The notes beneath the pieces were generated by a model, which was not told the origin of the DNA, did not search any database, and saw only the letters and a list, made by a program, of their open reading frames with translations. DNA of 63,538 nt, counting the filler, from Craspedostauros australis (Eukaryota), in assembly GCA_030167865.1 (NCBI GenBank). It is 15 parts of 15 records of this genome, joined end to end, with 100 filler letters (N's around TTAATTAATTAA, not from the genome) between each part and the next. Parts side by side here need not be neighbours in the genome. Positions count along the whole stretch, not along the records: positions 49,475 to 57,902 come from JALAGF010006402.1; positions 58,003 to 60,935 come from JALAGF010006406.1; 13 more parts are not named here. One strand, given 5' to 3'. How positions within the stretch are numbered: the first letter of the stretch is position 1; every line of letters starts with the position of its first letter. The translations under genes were made by a program, and so were the position numbers. This document shows positions 49,475 through 61,035 of this stretch, piece by piece.

Positions 49475-49924
49475 GTCGCTGATGATGATCTGTGCCAGTT
49501 GCTCGTCCGACAGGTTGAGCTGCTTCTGTTCCGTTGTGCATGTGGCGGCGACGGCCAATGCGGCCATGGAATGCATCCATGCACGTCGGGATGTCGACGT
49601 TGATGGCAGGGATGGTGTGGCGTCAGCGTTGGCGGTGGTGCTCCAGAGAGGATCGGCAGGTGTGGCTGCATCCTGGAATGATTGTTGTGGCACGTTGGAT
49701 GAGATGGCTTGTCTGGCGTTCTGGAGGAATGCGAAACGGGATGCCGATGGTTGCTCGGACTCGAACATGGTGGCGAAGAGCTGGGTGTTGGNTGATGNTG
49801 GCTGTCTTGTGGTGAATGCCTGTGCTTGGTTGTTGGCGCATGGTGCTGCGAGGACGAGGAGTCCAAGGAAAAGGGAGAGCTTGACACTGGATGTGGTTGG
49901 CTTGCTGTTGCTGTTCATGATCAT
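49475..49924 (-). CDS. Plastid-targeted protein, N-terminus only; possible thylakoid Tat substrate (DUF2358-like start)
   Basis: Signal peptide LSLFLGLLVLAA with AQA|F cleavage motif, Ser/Thr-rich transit region, SRRAW + AALAVAA, then LNLSDEQLAQIIISD at the contig edge. Confidence 0.6.
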
Positions 49925-52395
49925 GATTGTATTGTGTGTGTTGTGTGTGTGTGTTGTGTGTTGTTGATTTGGTGGAGTCTGATTGTCCTCTTTTGCTTCG
50001 TTGTTGTTGTTGTGGTTGTTGTTGCTGTTGTTGTGGCTGTTGTGTTTGTGTTGCTTTTGATTTTGTGAGGAGAGGATGGACATCGGAAGAATCCACACCA
50101 ACGCACAGTTGCGCACATTCACGAGCACAACCACAATGGAGAAGACTGCACAGAGGGACAAGAACGACAAGCCAAAAACACAACGGGCACAACGGGCACA
50201 GCAACAACGTGAATTGCATTCGTTCGTGACATCATTTGTATGGTTCGTGGGCGTTAGCGTCATAATACTCTATGTAGAATCGCCATTCACAGCAACGCCA
50301 CCAGTTTGACCAATCCCCACTTATCGTCTCCCTTCTCCCAACAAAATTCAATTGCCAATCCCGAAATGTGGAGAAGCGATCTGGTTGGCTGTCGAAACAC
50401 GTCATTCACCAGTTCATGCCAGCGGCGAACAATTGGTGCCCACACACAAACACTCAACCAGGCCCGAACAAGGCCAGAGCAATGATGCAACAACACCGGT
50501 GAATCCGGAGGGGTTGGTCTTGTGTGGTGATCCCAATCCCAAATCAAATCACATACCACATACCACATACTTTGGCCCAAGCAAAGGCAGAGTGACAACG
50601 CAAAACTCCTCACCATGCATACCAGTCCATGGATGCCGTCACGCCAAGCAACACAAAACAGCACGATACTCGCGCGCTGCAAGTCCGAACCATGGACATC
50701 CTCCTGATCGTGCCATCCTTCCTCCTCTTCTCTCTCNNCANGTATTCATACNCCGACAGATGNGCACGTCTCATCATCCACACAGACGACCTACACATGT
50801 TCGAAGCCTGTACATGCAACCCAGTAGTCCAGCAGCTTTCGTGATGATGGAGGATTGACAGGGAACAGCAGCTTGAGCACCGTCACCAATCGTGCGACAC
50901 TTGACGACCAGCTACTCTGTGTACCTCTCTATTTGAGTCCGAGTATGGCGTACAGTTGTGGCGGGCGACCGCGGCAGCATCCGCAACTGCAAAGGCGAGA
51001 ACGGAGACCCGCACAGTGATAGACTGGCGACAATGCGACGTCTCGCGTGCTTCTGATCATCATCATCATNNNNNNNNNNNNNNNNNNNNNNNNNNNNNNN
51101 NNNNNNNNNNNNNNNNNNNACCAGTCCATGGATGCCGTCACGCCAAGCAACACAAAACAGCACGATACTCGCGCGCTGCAAGTCCGAACCATGGACATCC
51201 TCCTGATCGTGCCATCCTTCCTCCTCTTCTCTCTCACCATGTATTCATACTCCGACAGATGCGCACGTCTCATCATCCACACAGACGACCTACACATGTT
51301 CGAAGCCTGTACATGCAACCCAGTAGTCCAGCAGCTTTCGTGATGATGGAGGATTGACAGGGAACAGCAGCTTGAGCACCGTCACCAATCGTGCGACACT
51401 TGACGACCAGCTACTCTGTGTACCTCTCTATTTGAGTCCGAGTATGGCGTACAGTTGTGGCGGGCGACCGCGGCAGCATCCGCAACTGCAAAGGCGAGAA
51501 CGGAGACCCGCACAGTGATAGACTGGCGACAATGCGACGTCTCGCGTGCTTCTGATCATCATCATCATGGTGATACGGATCCAATCATACAGACCAGTAC
51601 CATCGTCGCCATCCATACCATGCATACCATCCATCGTCCTCTCTTCAGTTGCTCTGCAACCAGTTTGCTCCATCTTTCGTGGTGAAAATGTGAACTGGTT
51701 GAGTCGCGAATGACCTGCTGTCTTGTTGTTCTCTTGGGTACGCATTGCGCAATGATGATGATGTTTGCGGATTTATGGGGTTTCTCCGAGAACCAATTAA
51801 CAGTTGGAATGGGCAGGATAAGTCATTCACTACCAGCACGCCCAACTGTGCATCTCGTATTGTTGTTGTTCTTGTTGTGTGGGGAGAAGGGATGTTGTCT
51901 TTCGTAACGTGTTGTTCGTGGTTGGGTGTGAGGCCATTGGAGTTGTGTTGACGGAAGACTGGTAGAGGCTTCTGATTGGCCATCGAGGATGGACGTGGCA
52001 ACGAATTCATGACAAACCGGTGTTCCTGTTTCCAAACGTTTGCACGAAGCTCACTTTCGCCACACAACACCCAACTTCGTGTGTTTTGCGGTACTCGCTG
52101 CTTGTGGTCCCACCTCTATTTCCTGCGTGCCGAACAAGACCAATGCTTGGGGATGGAAGTGTGGTTGAGACTGCTCCAGGCGTTGTGTTCTCTGCACCCG
52201 CATGTATTCCGCCATGACTGGAACCTGTATGACAGATTGCGGAGGTTGCCGCTCTTGGGTCGGCAAGCTGGTACCTTCTTCATCCTCTCTGTGGTGTCTG
52301 TGGGAAGCAAAACAAAACAAAACAGCTCGACCTTCCTCTCACAAAATACAAACCCATCCACTCCACAAACCGCAACAACAACAACTACAACCGCA

Positions 52396-53722
52396 ATGAC
52401 AGCATACAACAACACGACGGCACTCATCGCACTCACGCTGCTGTGTCTGTGCAACTCCATCACAAACTGCCAAGCGTGGGTGACACACAACACGCCATCG
52501 GCGTCAAAAACATCAACCACACACACACGACAAGGACCGCCACCAGCCGCCACGGCAACTCACATCAATCCACAGCAAACGCACGTCCTCGTTCTTCCAG
52601 GCTTCGCAACCGCAGCCAGCGACTACGTCGACGACCTGGTTCCCAACATCGCACAGCAAGCCATCGACGCTGGATGGTGGAGCAACGACAACGACAACAA
52701 CAACAACGACAACGATATGACCAACGCAATGGATCACATCCACGTCCTGCCACTCCAGCGACATGATTGGGCACAGACCATTGCATTCGGCATGTGCGAT
52801 CTCGACTTCATGACCTTCAAGGCACCAGCAACCAAGTGGGCGTACCGATGGTACCTTCAGAAGGTGGCNAANGAGGTCAAGAGAATCCAGNATGTCGCCA
52901 ANGAGGAAGGCACNACCGCCAAGATCATCCTGGTGGGACACTCCGCCGGTGGCTGGCTCGCAAGGTGAGTTTGGTGCGGCTTTGCTCCTGTGCGACTGCT
53001 CCTGTGCATGCTTCAGTGTTCTGCTTTACTCTGCTCTACTCCATTCATTTCACTCACACTATCACCCCTCGCGTTCTCCCTCCATGCATCATCACGTTCA
53101 TCATTCACCATTCACCATTCGCCTCCTTCCAACAAACAGAGCCGCTGTCGGATACGGAATGGACGACACCAACGGCAAGGATCTGCAGATTGACATCGAC
53201 AGCATCCTGGGAATCGTCACGCTCGGGTCTCCCCACATCCCATGCCCCAAGGGCTCCGTTGACATCACCGGCGGTGCACTCCGTATCGTTCACGACACCT
53301 TCCCAGGTGCCTTCTTCAACGACCGTCTCTTCTACGTGTCTGCTGCCGGATCCGCATTGAACGTCGAGCAGCAGCAAGCACACATCCCTTCTCCAAACAC
53401 CATCACCTCACAGCCAGATGCTGATCACATGCTTGCGTACCAATCGTACAAGTTGCTGTCTGGTCAAGGACACCAGGACGGCGATGGCATCGTCCCTGTC
53501 CCGCTTGCGCACCTGGAGGGTTCCAATCTCCAGATCACCTTGGACAACGTGTACCACACCTCCATGCTGCAGAACCAGCATCAGCATCAACATGAGCACG
53601 ATCAACACACATCTGACGCATCCGAAGCCTCGGAATCGAGATGGTACGGATCGAGGGACATCGTCCAGCAATGGTTCAGTCCTGTTCTGCACAAGGTGCT
53701 GCCAGCCATGATGGTTCAGTAA
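52396..53722 (+). CDS. PGAP1-like alpha/beta hydrolase, probably plastid-targeted; exons 52396-52964 and 53140-53722
   Basis: Signal peptide with CQA|W; VLPGF; nucleophile GHSAGG; a 175-nt GTGAGT...CAG intron joins the frames (WLAR|AAVG); VTLGSPH, DGDGIVP, NVYH and WYGS motifs. Confidence 0.9.
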
Positions 53723-56057
53723 CTTGCTTTCCTGCGCTTAGACTTGAAGTCGCAGATGCGGTTGCAGTCAATCGCCGAACGAGTACGCAACCATGAATAC
53801 CACAGCATCACACTGCCCGTCTACATACAGACGCACACATTTTTCACCATACACAAACATATCATAGAATAGAACTCAATACATGAGATCACCAAACAAT
53901 AGATTACCATGCGAGTACGAATGAGAATAGTCGGTGTGTCCACCGCACTCATGCGGACAGCAGAGATCCTGATTTGACACCATTTCGTTTTGGTCCACTC
54001 CACGATCACACAGGAATGCTCAACTCCATCGTTGCATCCGTTGATTCAAAGCTGGATGCTGCCTCGCTTACTGCATTGGTAGCGCAGAATACTTCAGCTT
54101 GATGGATGCCTTCGGACCTGCTTCATCCAGTGGTTCAATGATGTTGCTCGGATGAGATGCGCACACGAGAGAGAGGAGTTGGAGACGCGGTTTGATGGTT
54201 GTGACGGATCTTTGTGGATACCTTTATCGACCCATCTGAATGGATCACGAACTTCGATCATGGAAGTTAGGGACTCATTTGGATACAACCAAACAAGAAC
54301 AAAAATGGCGCGCAGATCACCAAAATTGTGGCTTCTCTTCTTGTTCGCCAGAATGGCAGACATGAGATGAGACAACGGTTACGGCGGTGGGGATGGCATG
54401 AAGAGGAATGGACATGGTCGTGTGGTGTGATGTGGTGTGGGACGAGGATGGCAGATGAAGGTGGAACGAAGTGCCACTGCTATTGATGAGCGTCGATGAA
54501 GCGCGGCGTTGCCAATGATGACCGCATGACAATCGAGTTGACAGAGATCCATCCGTGGAGTGAAGAGAAGAGATGAAGCATGACAGGACATGACGAGACG
54601 TGACGACAAGCGAAGGCCATGATCAAGAGAAGGTGATGCGAGACAGAGAGATGGAGAAATGCAGAACACAGCATTGCTTCTGCAAGTATGCCAGCAACGC
54701 ATTCAACAATCTCATGACGACTCCATCATCGCGAATGAAGTCACGACGATCATGATGATCACGATGTGAAGGTCCGCGGATGCAGCTCATGCCACCATGG
54801 TCAGCGGTATCATCAATATCGGCTCCTTCACCACGAGGATTGATGATTGGGATCACATTGAAAATTGCGACCAGCAACCGGCGTCGCAGATCCAAGAAGC
54901 CCGAGGATGCGCAGCACGAACCAGGCATGCTGATCCTCGGCAATACTTCAGCAACCGCGGTTGCTTGACATGCTCCAGAGCAGAATACAACACAACTGCA
55001 CGAAGCAGAGAAGCGCTGCAAGCGTGCCTGCATGTCGAGCAACCATGGATGGAGGATGCTTCCACATGGCCAGCTCACAGTTGCCAACGCCAGCATTCGT
55101 ACTCGGCACTTGATCAAGTGTCATGGATTGGAAAACACACACACAGATCAGGAATTCGGAAAGCAACGACTGCCGTCGCCGATGAATCCAGCACCAGTTC
55201 TGCTGTGGAGGCGGTAATTGCATGCCAGGCGACGATGAAGGAGAGGATTGGCAAAAAATGACCAACATCTTCCCCGCAATCTACATCCAACTGAGATGAG
55301 AACATCAGGCAACCGATGACATGAGTACCTTACAACATGTCCGACGAGTCATCCCCAATGAAGTCTCTCAAGTGACGGGCACAGCAGTGCGTTGTGAAGG
55401 CTTGTAGCCATCAAAACATCAGCAGATCCGCGGCACAAGTTCCAACGCGCTGCCCGAAATGTAGCGGACTGGAATGAATGTTCCTGCTCTACCTTCGGAG
55501 GACATGTATTGCGTTTCGCATCTTCCCCATGCACTCTTTGCTTTCCCGGACGGTTGTGGTAGAATTGGCTTGCGTAAACTGTGCGGCAGTGGCATCAGGC
55601 AAGAATATCGGACTTGATTTCGAGTGGACGGGACGCATGCTTCATCAGTTGATGTACGTACGTCAGCCAGAGCCGTTGGCAATGGATCTGCTCAAGGCTC
55701 GGTTGTGCTGACGTTCCGTGCTCCTTGCTAGTTCACCATCGCACCAGCATCAATCGGATCTTCCTATCAGATCGAGACGTCACAAAACCAGACCAAAAGC
55801 ATAACACTCTGGCGATTCTGGTATGCAGTATAATACTATCCACAACACAAAGCACAGCAATTGCAAAGCGAGCACAGCGTGCAAATCAACCTTCGTCTTT
55901 TCACTGAATGCAAGCAAAATTGTTGCACTGATGAATGGCTCGGCATGTGCGGCGTGCCATTGAATGGGTCACTGATCACCTGCTTGCACTGTAGTTACTT
56001 GTAATACTCTGATTCCTCATCTAATTCATCTTCTTCATTCCATGACATGCTTGCTCC

Positions 56058-57902
56058 TCAGTCTGCTGTTGTTGCCGTTGGTGCTCATTTCGCTTCCTCG
56101 GCAGCGCCGTCGCTCTCAGCCACCCTGGAGGATGTGATGGAACGCACGACGCGATCTATGTACGAATCCATCTGCGCAGCACCCTCGTCTTCATCCACAA
56201 CCTTGTGCAACTCCATAATGGACATGCCACCATGCTCATCATCACCTCAATCGGGTCACCATTTCCCCGCTGCGAAGGACATGAATGCCTCCCATCAGTT
56301 GATGGTGTGGAATCAGCTTGCTGAAATCTGGATGAGTGAACATATCTTTCTCACTTTCAGCTGCCATTCTCATTGCTGCATCCTTCAACACCACGCAGTT
56401 GTGTTGATCGGCGAATATCAACGCATCTATCATGTTGTCCTTTGTGATGTGCTTACGGACCAACTCTGCTTCAAGAACAAGCTTGAGTCGCCAGAAGCCG
56501 ATCTCGTTGGCCACAAGGATCAGCTGTTGCAGATCGTCCTGTCCATTGAGGGTGGTAGTTGGCTGGTTTGTGTCGCCGGTATTGGCGTTGTCGTCATGAG
56601 TGTTGTTGTCGAAGGATATCTCGCCTGTGTAGATGCATTGGTGGACGTATCGGACGTGTTTTGGTTGAAGGTTGGGAAGAGAGACGGTTGTTTGGATGGG
56701 TTCAGTTCCGTTGTGAGCGTCATCATTCGCGCGGTGAAGTTGGGTTCCTTTGTCGATCAGTGTCTCAATGGATGGGACGGTGATCATGAGAACTTCAGAG
56801 CTTGCCTTGATTGGTTGTTGTTCATCGCCTTGTCCACACAAGAAGATCGTGTCTGTCCTGTCCTCAGTTGAAAGGATCTGGGCCGGTCTTCCCAAGTGCT
56901 GATGTTGGTCCTCTTGTGGGTACTGTGTTTGTGTTCATTCTCTTGCTTCTTTCACTTCAATTGCTGTCTCAACTGTTCTTGTGGTTGTTCATTCTCTTGT
57001 TCCTTCAGCTTCAACTTCTGTTGCAATAGTTGTCGCAAATGCTCCTCCTGTTCCAACTGTTGTTGCAATGGTTCAATCTCTTGCTCGTTTTGTTGCAAGT
57101 GTTGTTACAGTTGTGGGTTGCGGTGGCTGGGACGCTTAATGATTAATCTCTTGATTTTGGCGTAATCTTCTGCATCGAGCAAATCGAGGGGTGTGTTGTT
57201 GCCGTTGTTTTGTATGTCGACATCGGCATTGGCTGATCCAATGATGTACTCGATACACTCCAGGTAGCCATCACTGCATGCGTAATGAAGGGGAGTCCAA
57301 CCATGGTTGGTTTGGCAGTTGATGTTCGCCTCACATGATTCGATGAGGTACTCGATACACTCCAACTGGGCACCAAAGCATGCCGAATGAAGGGGGGTGT
57401 CACCATGGTTGTCTTTGTAGCTGATGTTAGCACCACATGATTCGATGAGGTACTTGACACAGTCCAGCTTGCCGAACATGCATGCCCAATGAAGGGAAGT
57501 GGAACCATTGTTGTTTTGGCAGTTGATGTTTGCTCCACATGATTCGATGAGGTACTCCGCACACTCCATGTGGCCGTTGGAGCATGCCCGATGAAGGGGA
57601 GTGTTGCGCTGGTTGTCTTTGCAGTTGATGTTCGCCTCACATGATTTGATGAGGTACTTCACACACTCCAGGTAGCCACGGTCGCATGCGAAATGAAGGG
57701 GAGCGTCACCAGGGTTGTTTTGGCAGTTGACGTCCGCCCCACATGATTTGATGAGGTACTTCACACACTCCAGCTGGCCGTTGCGGCATGCCGCATGTAG
57801 GGGAGTGGAACCAACCCAGTCTGTAACCTTGTTGACATCAACTCCTTCGTTCTGCGTCTCGTCCTGCTTCTTCCATTCCTTCAACACCGACAAGTCACCT
57901 GC
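56058..57902 (-). pseudogene. Ankyrin-BTB paralog, pseudogene (5' partial)
   Basis: Six 34-aa ankyrin repeats plus a cap; in-frame TAA at 57105 and TGA at 56952; frameshifts near 56866 and ~56250; BTB region clearly homologous to 18660-19466. Confidence 0.88.
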
Positions 57903-59035
57903 NNNNNNNNNNNNNNNNNNNNNNNNNNNNNNNNNNNNNNNNNNNNTTAATTAATTAANNNNNNNNNNNNNNNNNNNNNNNNNNNNNNNNNNNNNNNNNN
58001 NNTGTTGGCATTATCGTCCTTGTTTTTGAACAGTGGCTGCTGTTTGGACAGAAAGAAACAAGAAGAGACAAGAATCATGCGTTGATCGGCACACACAAGA
58101 TGCAAAAAGGGAGAGATCTGGACAGTAGAATCAATCATTTTGGTTCAGATTGGGAAAAATGCGAAAAACTATGTTGGTACCATGAGGAAACAAACAGTTT
58201 GACGAAACGGTGTGGGAGGTGGGAAAGGAAGAAAGCGAAGCGTGACGTCACATGAGCATTACAAAGACCCTAATCCTCACGAAAGTGGCTGTCTCGGTTG
58301 TGCCTAGACCAGTCTCTATTGCGGGGCTCCCCCTGAAATTCGGATAGCCTGGTGTGTCTTAGTACCCAAGTTCTGGGGCCACTAGAACCCCTCCATTGAT
58401 TTATTGCGCTGCGATTCCAACAGGTGCAGCTCTCTACCAGACGTATCTATCTTCAAGCGCCAGAAGGAGCACTTCTGTGTCAGGAGCTTTTCGTCTCTGT
58501 GATGCATGGCGTGGTAACGTGTCACGGAACCCCATGTTCCGGCTTCTCCTACCCTTGGTCATTGACAAGTTCGGATTGTGTGGGTGCGTGTGCGGCAACG
58601 GAGGAGGACCAAAGTTCGTTTGGCGACCATTTCTCCAAACATACACCAAGTGATCGTGTTTTGGTGCCCCCCAAAACACACAGCAATACCATTCACCAAA
58701 CAATCCCGTGTCGCGAAATCGAGTGCGCGTTCGTCCTGGCCACAACGCCCAAGAGCGACACCGACACATGGAGACGCCAAAAAACGCACCACCTCAGCGC
58801 ACATACGAGGTCCAGATCGCAGTTGATGCACTCACGATAACACTAGTTGTGGAGTTTTGGCCCCTTGTTGCCACTGGTTTGCTCGCTTTTGGGAGAATCG
58901 GCGATTGGATATTTAGAGCTATTTCGTGTTTGCTCTCGCTGATCCGTCTTCTACGTCACAGGGAACGGATTCCACGTCATGAAAAACGAGTCACAACAGA
59001 GGAAGAGACATGGTGTGACTCTTCCTCCACAAGAC

Positions 59036-59824
59036 TGTTGGAAATCCGGGGTTATAGATATAGTCTAATGCTTATTAAACTGTACCGTTTTAGAACTGTG
59101 AGAACAACACACTCGTTTCTCAAATCGTCAACTCGTTTGCCCATGAGGATGCTGATGGCCTCCTGTAGTTGCCCCTCATGATCATCATTGCAATCTCTCT
59201 CATCATGTCCATTTCATTGTTCATGACAAGTGCATTTCATCATGTTCAGCTGTTGAGAGATCAGTCTACACTCCTGAGGCGCATGCATGCCGATGCTCGA
59301 TTCACTCTCTTCTCATCGGACATCCATCACTCATTCAGTACACTCTTCCGTGTTGTTCACTCACTCTTCTCACATGTTCACCAACATTCACACTTGCTCA
59401 GAACATGGAGTTCTGGCACGATCAGTGCAGTCCTTCGATGCTGTTCCAGTCCGCGCTTTGTTCTCCTTCGCTGGTTCTCTGTCAGTCACGTAATCATGTT
59501 CTGGGTTCCGAGCGACTCAACTGTGGTAGCGCATTTGCATAGATGTTTCAGGTTAACCGGTCAACCCTCATGCTTGGAACACTTCGGTGTTCCAGTCTCC
59601 CTTTTACATCCTCCGTTCGCCATGCCAGTTCGTCAATCCACTCAAACCATGTCTCACGATTCGTCTGTCCGTCGTCCGTCATACTCTTGACACACAGAGG
59701 AGGAGGTCCACAATGGACTTGGGAGCGTGTCCGACTTTGGTAGATCGGTCAGTCTATTTTTGGTATTATGGGAGGTGCGGCAATCTAGGATAATACGACA
59801 TAGTCGCACCCTCGATTCCTGACA
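59036..59824 (-). mobile_element. Solo LTR, family B3 (789 bp), with 6-bp TSD CAAGAC
   Basis: CAAGAC at 59030-59035 and 59825-59830; termini shared with B1 and B2. Confidence 0.88.
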
Positions 59825-59956
59825 CAAGACAACGTGATGACCGTGTGAAGCAACAACAGAATGTGCCAGGCCATGACAGCCAACAGCAGCCTGCATTGAC
59901 CGATCTNNNNNNNNNNNNNNNNNNNNNNNNNNNNNNNNNNNNNNNNNNNNNNNNNN

Positions 59957-60125
59957 ACGATTCGTCTGTCCGTCGTCCGTCATACTCTTGACACACAGAG
60001 GAGGAGGTCCACAATGGACTTGGGAGCGTGTCCGACTTTGGTAGATCGGTCAGTCTATTTTTGGTATTATGGGAGGTGCGGCAATCTAGGATAATACGAC
60101 ATAGTCGCACCCTCGATTCCTGACA
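59957..60125 (-). mobile_element. Start of a 3' LTR B3 from another locus, with PPT at 60126-60132
   Basis: Identical to 59656-59824 but flanked by GGAAGGG and RNase H instead of the TSD. Confidence 0.85.
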
Positions 60126-60196
60126 CCCTTCCATTGTCGCATCGACATCATACCATAGACTCCACACTCCATCACTCTCTTGCACCACCATCCCGT

Positions 60197-60935
60197 TCAC
60201 TCCTCTCGGTCCACTGCTGACCGAGGCTGGATGATATCTCCCTTGTGTCTGTCGTAGATCTCTTTCTTCGTGTTCTTGGTGAAGCCGTCAGCGATGTTGT
60301 CCTCTGAATGTACGAACCGGGCTCTAGCCTCTTTGTTCGCAATCAGCTCTCGGATGAAGTGATGTCGGATATCGATGTGTCTGGTTCTGGCCGATGTAGA
60401 TGGGTTGGAAGCGATGAAGATTGCTCCCACGTTGTCAACCATCACGTCTGTCGGCTTGTGTATCCCCAACCCGATGTCACTCATCAATTGCGTCAGGAAG
60501 CGGATCTCCTTGCCTGCTTCCGACAGTGCAACGTATTCTGCCTCCGTTGAGCTCAGCGTCACGCTGCGTTGCGCCTTCGATCTCCAGATGATAGGCACTC
60601 CCTGTAGTAGGACGAGGTGTCCTCCCACACTGATGCGATTGTCCTTGTCACCAGCGAACTCGCTNTNGGTGTACACCACAATCTTCCATGCATCGTTCTC
60701 CAAAGGTTTCGGTCTCATCTTCAGACCGTACTCCCTCGTGTCCGACACGAACTTCATGACTCTCAGCATCTCTTTGTACGCTGCGGCCGTTGGTCCGTCC
60801 AACACCTTGGTCAGCTCTCGCACTGCATTGGCGATGTCGGGTCTTGAGTGGTTCACCAGGTACAGCAGCATCCCCACTCCGCTTCGGTAGTTGCTGTGTC
60901 GCTGCTTGTCGACCTTTGGTGAGTCACTCTCTCTC
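60197..60935 (-). CDS. Copia RT C-terminus - RNase H (partial), family B3
   Basis: YRSGVGMLLYL, SRPDIA, SSTEAEYVA and NIADGFTK; close paralog of 23995-25050. Confidence 0.93.
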
Positions 60936-61035
60936 NNNNNNNNNNNNNNNNNNNNNNNNNNNNNNNNNNNNNNNNNNNNTTAATTAATTAANNNNNNNNN
61001 NNNNNNNNNNNNNNNNNNNNNNNNNNNNNNNNNNN

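Noticed and set aside
52089..52270. Cys-rich reading frame upstream of the hydrolase
   Set aside because: It contains an internal stop, has no start or signal peptide, and shows no known Cys pattern.
58074..58087. 14-bp match ATCATGCGTTGATC shared with ~48954
   Set aside because: The flanks do not align, so it is treated as chance.
59036..60935. Single element with tandem 3' LTRs
   Set aside because: The first LTR has its own TSD; the post-gap copy belongs to another locus joined through shared LTR sequence.
4617..60991. Recurring palindrome TTAATTAATTAA as a CRISPR repeat, operator or recombination site
   Set aside because: It is always centred in 44+44 N and stops all six frames, so it is an assembly spacer.
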